Positions 59,840-64,000 of a stretch of 64,000 nt of DNA are shown here, in pieces (the first letter of the stretch is position 1; each line of letters starts with the position of its first letter). This DNA comes from Sphingobacteriaceae bacterium (GTDB lineage Bacteria > Bacteroidota > Bacteroidia > B-17B0 > Aurantibacillaceae). The notes below the pieces were generated by a model. It was not told where the DNA came from. It was given only the letters and a program-made list of their open reading frames with translations, and searched no databases. Both the position numbers and the translations under genes were made by a program. The stretch lies in the NCBI GenBank assembly GCA_016715905.1, contig JADJXI010000004.1, forward strand, positions 19,705-83,704. Direction: 5' to 3'.

Positions 59840-60271
59840 GTGAAATTACGGGTTATTTTAATATTTACGTGCATTTTTACATTTCAAGTTTGTAAGGCAC
59901 AAAAGTATCCTATTAAGGATAAAACTACTTATTATTTAAATTCAATTTTTATTGGAGGTAAAAAAAACGCCTTGGTGCGTGATAAAGGACATATAGTTTT
60001 TGATTTAAAAGCGAATGAGGCTACTTGTTTTACTTCCTGTAATTTCGTAAAGCTTAAAGTTAAAATCAAAGATCAAAGCATCAAATTCACAACTGCGGTG
60101 CCGGCTAAAACGCCATGTCCTGATCATCTTTTAGGAATTGAAGAAGATATCAAGGAAAATTTGCCTAAAATAAATAATTACACAGTTAAGGGTAATCAGT
60201 TAATTTTAATGAAGGATAAGGATGTTCTAATCATTTTTACAGAATCCGGAATTGAGGGCGTGAAGAAATAA
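59840..60271 (+). CDS. Secreted META (HslJ-like) domain protein, tentative
   Basis: GTG start and signal peptide MKLRVILIFTCIFTFQVCKAQ. The layout ...TSCNF...IKFT...AKTPCPD...EEDIKENL...YTVKGNQLILM resembles the META domain pattern. Confidence 0.5.
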   Translation: MKLRVILIFTCIFTFQVCKAQKYPIKDKTTYYLNSIFIGGKKNALVRDKGHIVFDLKANEATCFTSCNFVKLKVKIKDQSIKFTTAVPAKTPCPDHLLGIEEDIKENLPKINNYTVKGNQLILMKDKDVLIIFTESGIEGVKK

Positions 60272-60275
60272 GAAT

Positions 60276-61190
60276 ATGGCAGACTGGACGGTTTTTTATT
60301 CCGGTTTTAAACGTTATTTACAATTAGAAAAATCCTTATCAGAGAATACAATTGATGCCTATCTTGGAGATTTAAAAAAACTTCAGACCTTTTCAGAATC
60401 CAACTACAAACATTCCTCTCCACTTTTATTTACCTATAAACAACTTGCGAAATTTGTTGAATGGGTAGCAGAAATGGGATTTTCGGATACTACACAAGCT
60501 CGTGTTGTATCGGGCATCAAGACTTTTTATAAATATTTGGTTTTAGAAGATGAATTGAAAAGTTCGCCGGCAGAATTACTTGAAAAACCAAAAATCACTC
60601 GTAAACTGCCAACACCTCTTACAATTCAGGAAATCGATAAAATGATAGCGTCAATTGATTTGAGTAAACCCGGTGGAGAACGGAATAGCAGCATTTTGGA
60701 AACCATGTATAGTTGTGGTTTACGTGTGAGTGAATTGGTGGATTTACGAATTAGTCAAATGCATTTAAGCGAAGATTTTATAAAAGTAAAGGGAAAAGGA
60801 AAAAAAGAACGTTTAATTCCTATTGGTAAACCGGCTGCTAAAAAAATTGATGCTTATATGAGAAATGAAAGATCTACTCTTTCCGTCAAAAAGGGCAATG
60901 AAGATTTTGTTTATTTGAATAGGAGGGGGAGTAAACTAAGTAGGGTAATGGTATTTTATATTATTAAAGAATTGGCAGAAAAAGCCGGTATCAAAAAACA
61001 ATTAAGTCCGCATACATTTAGGCATTCTTTTGCTTCTCACTTGGTTGAAGGGGGTGCAGATTTGAGGGCTGTGCAAGAGATGTTGGGACATTCAAGTATA
61101 ACTACAACGGAAATTTATACGCACTTAGATAAACAATATTTACGCGACAATATTTTAAGTTTCCACCCCCGAAATAAAAACGAATTATAA
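60276..61190 (+). CDS. xerD: Site-specific tyrosine recombinase XerD
   Basis: N-terminal SAM-like core-binding domain (FKRYLQLEKSLSENTIDAYLGDL). The catalytic residues lie in GLRVSELVDL, HTFRHSFASHLVEGGADLRAVQEMLGHSSITTTEIYTH. Confidence 0.9.
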   Translation: MADWTVFYSGFKRYLQLEKSLSENTIDAYLGDLKKLQTFSESNYKHSSPLLFTYKQLAKFVEWVAEMGFSDTTQARVVSGIKTFYKYLVLEDELKSSPAELLEKPKITRKLPTPLTIQEIDKMIASIDLSKPGGERNSSILETMYSCGLRVSELVDLRISQMHLSEDFIKVKGKGKKERLIPIGKPAAKKIDAYMRNERSTLSVKKGNEDFVYLNRRGSKLSRVMVFYIIKELAEKAGIKKQLSPHTFRHSFASHLVEGGADLRAVQEMLGHSSITTTEIYTHLDKQYLRDNILSFHPRNKNEL

Positions 61191-61916
61191 AAGCTTAAAA
61201 TACTTTTGACAACTCAGTAATTGTAAAGATTTTCCGAATTTTAATTGTTGTGCTCTTTTGGTGAATTCGGCAGCAGTGTCAAATTCTTCTTTTTCTCCCG
61301 AATTTAAAAAATAGATAATATACCGATGTTTATTTTTTTCGGTATCGTATTTAATTTTCGCAATAAAAATATTCTGATCAAAATTAAATTCAACAATATT
61401 AATTATTCCGGTGTGCACCTCACCATTATCCGATTGGTCAAACTTTACAACTTCAGATTCGTTATACAGATATCCGTTATCCAAACTATCTGTGCAATGT
61501 ATGGCAAACGGATAAACCAGGGGCAAACGATAATAATCTTGAAATCCCAAATAGGTGTAGAATTGTGAAGGGATTGCATTTTTATGCTCCGGTTTTTCAA
61601 TCATTTTTAAGTATTGGATTTGTTTGGATTGTGCGGTATCGGCTCTTTTATAGCTTTTATTTGCAAAAGTGGTATCAATATTCATTTCAAAACTATGCTC
61701 TAAGTCACTCACAAAATTTCTTGCTTTATGGGTAATTTTCTGTACTAAAAGGAATATAATAAGAAGAAGTAAAAGTAGAGATGCTAAAAATCCGGATAGC
61801 CAAATGAATTTACCTTTTTTATTGTTTGCGAAATAAATGATACTAAATACAGAGCACACTAGGGTAAGTGTTCCTAAAATAAAAATTCCAAAAAAATAAA
61901 ATAAACCACCTAACAT
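61185..61916 (-). CDS. Hypothetical membrane protein (two N-terminal TM helices plus a soluble domain)
   Basis: LGGLFYFFGIFILGTLTLVCSVFSIIYF and FIWLSGFLASLLLLLLIIFLLV. No motif recognised. A 1-nt gap separates it from the upstream carboxyltransferase gene. Confidence 0.6.
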   Translation of the reverse strand: MLGGLFYFFGIFILGTLTLVCSVFSIIYFANNKKGKFIWLSGFLASLLLLLLIIFLLVQKITHKARNFVSDLEHSFEMNIDTTFANKSYKRADTAQSKQIQYLKMIEKPEHKNAIPSQFYTYLGFQDYYRLPLVYPFAIHCTDSLDNGYLYNESEVVKFDQSDNGEVHTGIINIVEFNFDQNIFIAKIKYDTEKNKHRYIIYFLNSGEKEEFDTAAEFTKRAQQLKFGKSLQLLSCQKYFKLL

Positions 61917-61917
61917 T

Positions 61918-63459
61918 TTACAAAGGCATATTTCCGTGTTTTTTCTTTGGAAGTTTATCTACTTTATTTTCCAGCATTTTAAATGCTTTTATCAATTTAA
62001 TTCTTGTGTTTTCGGGTTTTATTACTTCATCCACAAAACCTCTTTCAGCTGCACGATAAGGATTAGCAAACATTTCTTTGTAAATATTTTCTTTCTCTTT
62101 TAGCTTAGCCTCTTTATCTTTCGCTTCAGCAATTTCACCTTTAAAAATAATTTCAGCAGCTCCTTTCGCGCCCATAACTGCAATTTCTGCAGTTGGCCAG
62201 GCATAATTCATATCTGCTCCAATGTGTTTGCTATTCATTACATCATAAGCACCGCCATATGCTTTTCTTGTGATTACGGTAATGCGCGGCACGGTAGCTT
62301 CACTAAACGCGTATAATAATTTAGCTCCATTGCTGATAATTCCGTTCCATTCTTGATCTGTTCCCGGTAAAAATCCCGGTACATCTTCAAATACCAAGAG
62401 AGGTATATTAAAGGAATCGCAAAAGCGAACAAAACGAGCAGCTTTTGTAGAAGAATGAATATCTAATACACCGGCTAATACGGCAGGTTGATTGGCAACA
62501 ATTCCAATACTTTTTCCGGCTAAGCGCGCAAAGCCTACTACAATATTTTCGGCAAATAATTTATGTACTTCCAAAAAAGTTCCTTCATCAATTATTTCTG
62601 TAATAACATCTCGCATATCATAGGGCTGATTTGGATTTTCAGGTATGATGCTGTTTAATGCGGGTCGTGATTCATTTCCTATTGTATAAGGTAAGGAAGG
62701 AGCATCTTCTTCGCAATTCTGCGGCATGTACGATAAAAGTTGTTTGATGTGATTGATGGCTTCCACTTCATTAGCGCATGCAAAATGAGTTACTCCGCTT
62801 TTACTGGCATGTGTAATTGCTCCGCCTAACTCTTCGCTACTTACTTCTTCATGAGTTACTGTTTTCACAACATTAGGCCCGGTTACAAACATATAACTGG
62901 TATTTTCAACCATTAAAATAAAATCGGTAATAGCAGGACTGTAAACCGCTCCGCCGGCGCATGGACCCATAATAGCAGAAAGTTGAGGAATAACACCGCT
63001 GCTTCTCACGTTTCTGTAAAATATATCCGCATATCCTCCCAAAGAAACAACTCCTTCTTGAATTCGAGCTCCGCCACTATCATTTAGCCCGATAACCGGA
63101 GAACCGTTTTGCATAGCTAAATCCATAATCTTACAAATTTTTTCGGCGTGAGTTTCGCTCAAGCTACCTCCAAATACAGTAAAATCCTGTGAGAAAACAT
63201 AAACTAATCTTCCGTTAATTGTGCCATATCCGGTTACAACCCCATCGCCTAAATATTTTTCTTTATCTAATCCGAAATCAGAACTACGGTGAGTAACTAA
63301 CATTCCAATTTCTTCAAAAGAATTTTCATCCAATAAAAAATGAATTCGCTCTCTGGCGGTTAATTTGTTTTTTTTATGTTGGGCGTCTATCCGTTTTTGA
63401 CCTCCGCCCAGTATAGCTTCATTTTTTTTCTCTTCGAGAATTTTTATTTTGTTATCCAT
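61918..63459 (-). CDS. Acyl-CoA carboxylase carboxyltransferase subunit (propionyl-CoA carboxylase beta / methylmalonyl-CoA decarboxylase alpha family)
   Basis: 513 aa. Motifs include [59 protein letters not shown] and [11 protein letters not shown]. Confidence 0.93.
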   Translation of the reverse strand: MDNKIKILEEKKNEAILGGGQKRIDAQHKKNKLTARERIHFLLDENSFEEIGMLVTHRSSDFGLDKEKYLGDGVVTGYGTINGRLVYVFSQDFTVFGGSLSETHAEKICKIMDLAMQNGSPVIGLNDSGGARIQEGVVSLGGYADIFYRNVRSSGVIPQLSAIMGPCAGGAVYSPAITDFILMVENTSYMFVTGPNVVKTVTHEEVSSEELGGAITHASKSGVTHFACANEVEAINHIKQLLSYMPQNCEEDAPSLPYTIGNESRPALNSIIPENPNQPYDMRDVITEIIDEGTFLEVHKLFAENIVVGFARLAGKSIGIVANQPAVLAGVLDIHSSTKAARFVRFCDSFNIPLLVFEDVPGFLPGTDQEWNGIISNGAKLLYAFSEATVPRITVITRKAYGGAYDVMNSKHIGADMNYAWPTAEIAVMGAKGAAEIIFKGEIAEAKDKEAKLKEKENIYKEMFANPYRAAERGFVDEVIKPENTRIKLIKAFKMLENKVDKLPKKKHGNMPL

Positions 63460-64000
63460 TTATATCATTTTTTAATGAATTGATATCTTCCAGCGTATTG
63501 CTCCGCAATTGAACCGGATTTGTTTTTTTTCTAAATCGTAAATTTAATAACTCTACTATAAAACTAAAAGCCATTGCAAAATAGATATAACCCTTTGGAA
63601 TATGGATATTTTCAACATGAATACCTTCAATAACCAATAAAACGGCAATGAGAACTAAAAAGGAAAGAGCTAATATTTTAAAAGTAGGGTGTTTATTTAT
63701 AAAGGACGCAATTTTTGGAGAATAATAAAACATAACAATCATGCTAATTAAAACTGCGGTGGCCATTATTGGTAATTTATTGGCCATTCCTATTGCCGTA
63801 ATTATTCCATCCATACTAAAAACCAAATCGATTAAAAGAATTTGAATAATGATAGCCTTAAATCCTTTTTTTAAATTGGTTTTAGCTTCTTCTCCTTCTT
63901 CATTAGCACCTTCTACTTTATTATGAATTTCCAAGGTACTGTTCACGAGTAAAAATAAACCTCCCCCTAACATAATTAAATCTTTGAGTTGAACAGGATG
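63452..64000 (-). CDS. TerC family integral membrane protein (N-terminus beyond the window)
   Basis: [12 protein letters not shown] and [15 protein letters not shown] are TerC-family motifs. My translation shows the frame stays open upstream of the track start to position 64000 ([14 protein letters not shown]...). Confidence 0.8.
   Translation of the reverse strand, partial: HPVQLKDLIMLGGGLFLLVNSTLEIHNKVEGANEEGEEAKTNLKKGFKAIIIQILLIDLVFSMDGIITAIGMANKLPIMATAVLISMIVMFYYSPKIASFINKHPTFKILALSFLVLIAVLLVIEGIHVENIHIPKGYIYFAMAFSFIVELLNLRFRKKTNPVQLRSNTLEDINSLKNDING

Noticed and set aside
60276-61190. A tyrosine recombinase as a possible marker of an integrated mobile element or genomic island.
   Set aside because: The sequence and size fit housekeeping XerD. 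It sits next to aroQ, a common Bacteroidota arrangement. There is no flanking tRNA, no direct repeats and no phage or conjugation genes, and I see no compositional break.
918-61568. About 35 short ORFs of 60-130 aa in the supplied track lie antisense to, or out of frame within, the long genes. Examples are 918-1175, 2884-3171, 4517-4719, 9942-10169, 15220-15670, 20814-21137, 40267-40551, 52865-53182, 57245-57538 and 61326-61568.
   Set aside because: Each is fully embedded in a longer ORF with clear family motifs. Their translations are low-complexity or compositionally skewed (F/L/I/K/S-rich), have no recognisable motifs and lack independent intergenic start contexts. I treat them as shadow ORFs.
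1-64000. A scan of all intergenic gaps for tRNA, rRNA, tmRNA, CRISPR repeats, IS inverted repeats and riboswitch-like leaders.
   Set aside because: Apart from 27685-28014, the gaps are under about 170 nt and AT-rich with only promoter and terminator features. I saw no cloverleaf-like GC-rich segments, no regularly spaced direct repeats and no transposase ORF. This was done by eye only, so tRNAscan-SE and cmscan would be needed for certainty.

Overview
AT-rich, gene-dense chromosomal segment with about 55 protein-coding genes and short intergenic gaps. GC content was not computed. It is almost certainly from a Bacteroidota genome (Flavobacteriia/Cytophagia-like). Evidence for this: five predicted type IX secretion (T9SS) cargo genes with type-A (PNPNNGNF) or type-B/CHU_C (FTPNNDxxND...WDG...GVYFY) C-terminal sorting domains, GLPGLI and GWxTD family proteins, and TAnnTTTG -7 promoter boxes. 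Most of the content is housekeeping: ruvB, pnp-rpsO, a compact bioB-bioF-bioD-bioA operon, trxB, pyruvate dehydrogenase E1 beta, miaE, an RND efflux operon (MFP-RND-OMF), Fe/Mn SOD, tsaC, aroQ, xerD and an acyl-CoA carboxyltransferase. I found no rRNA, tRNA, CRISPR array, transposase, prophage or recognisable defence island, and I do not claim a new multi-gene system. The observations most worth a second look are these. (1) A 12-G homopolymer splits a T9SS adhesin-like gene into two frames, which is either phase variation or a homopolymer sequencing error. (2) A single ORF fuses a COG4339-type HD-domain protein to a CoaD-like nucleotidyltransferase. (3) That fusion sits in a tightly coupled operon where a split M16 peptidase pair brackets it and an ArnT-like membrane protein, downstream of a 1244-aa TraB/GumN (TIKI-superfamily) protein. 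(4) An ABC ATPase has no canonical start codon upstream of its Walker A motif. (5) A GC-richer, nested perfect-palindrome element lies in the largest intergenic gap. All functional calls come from motifs I recognised by eye in the supplied translations. No database search was run.
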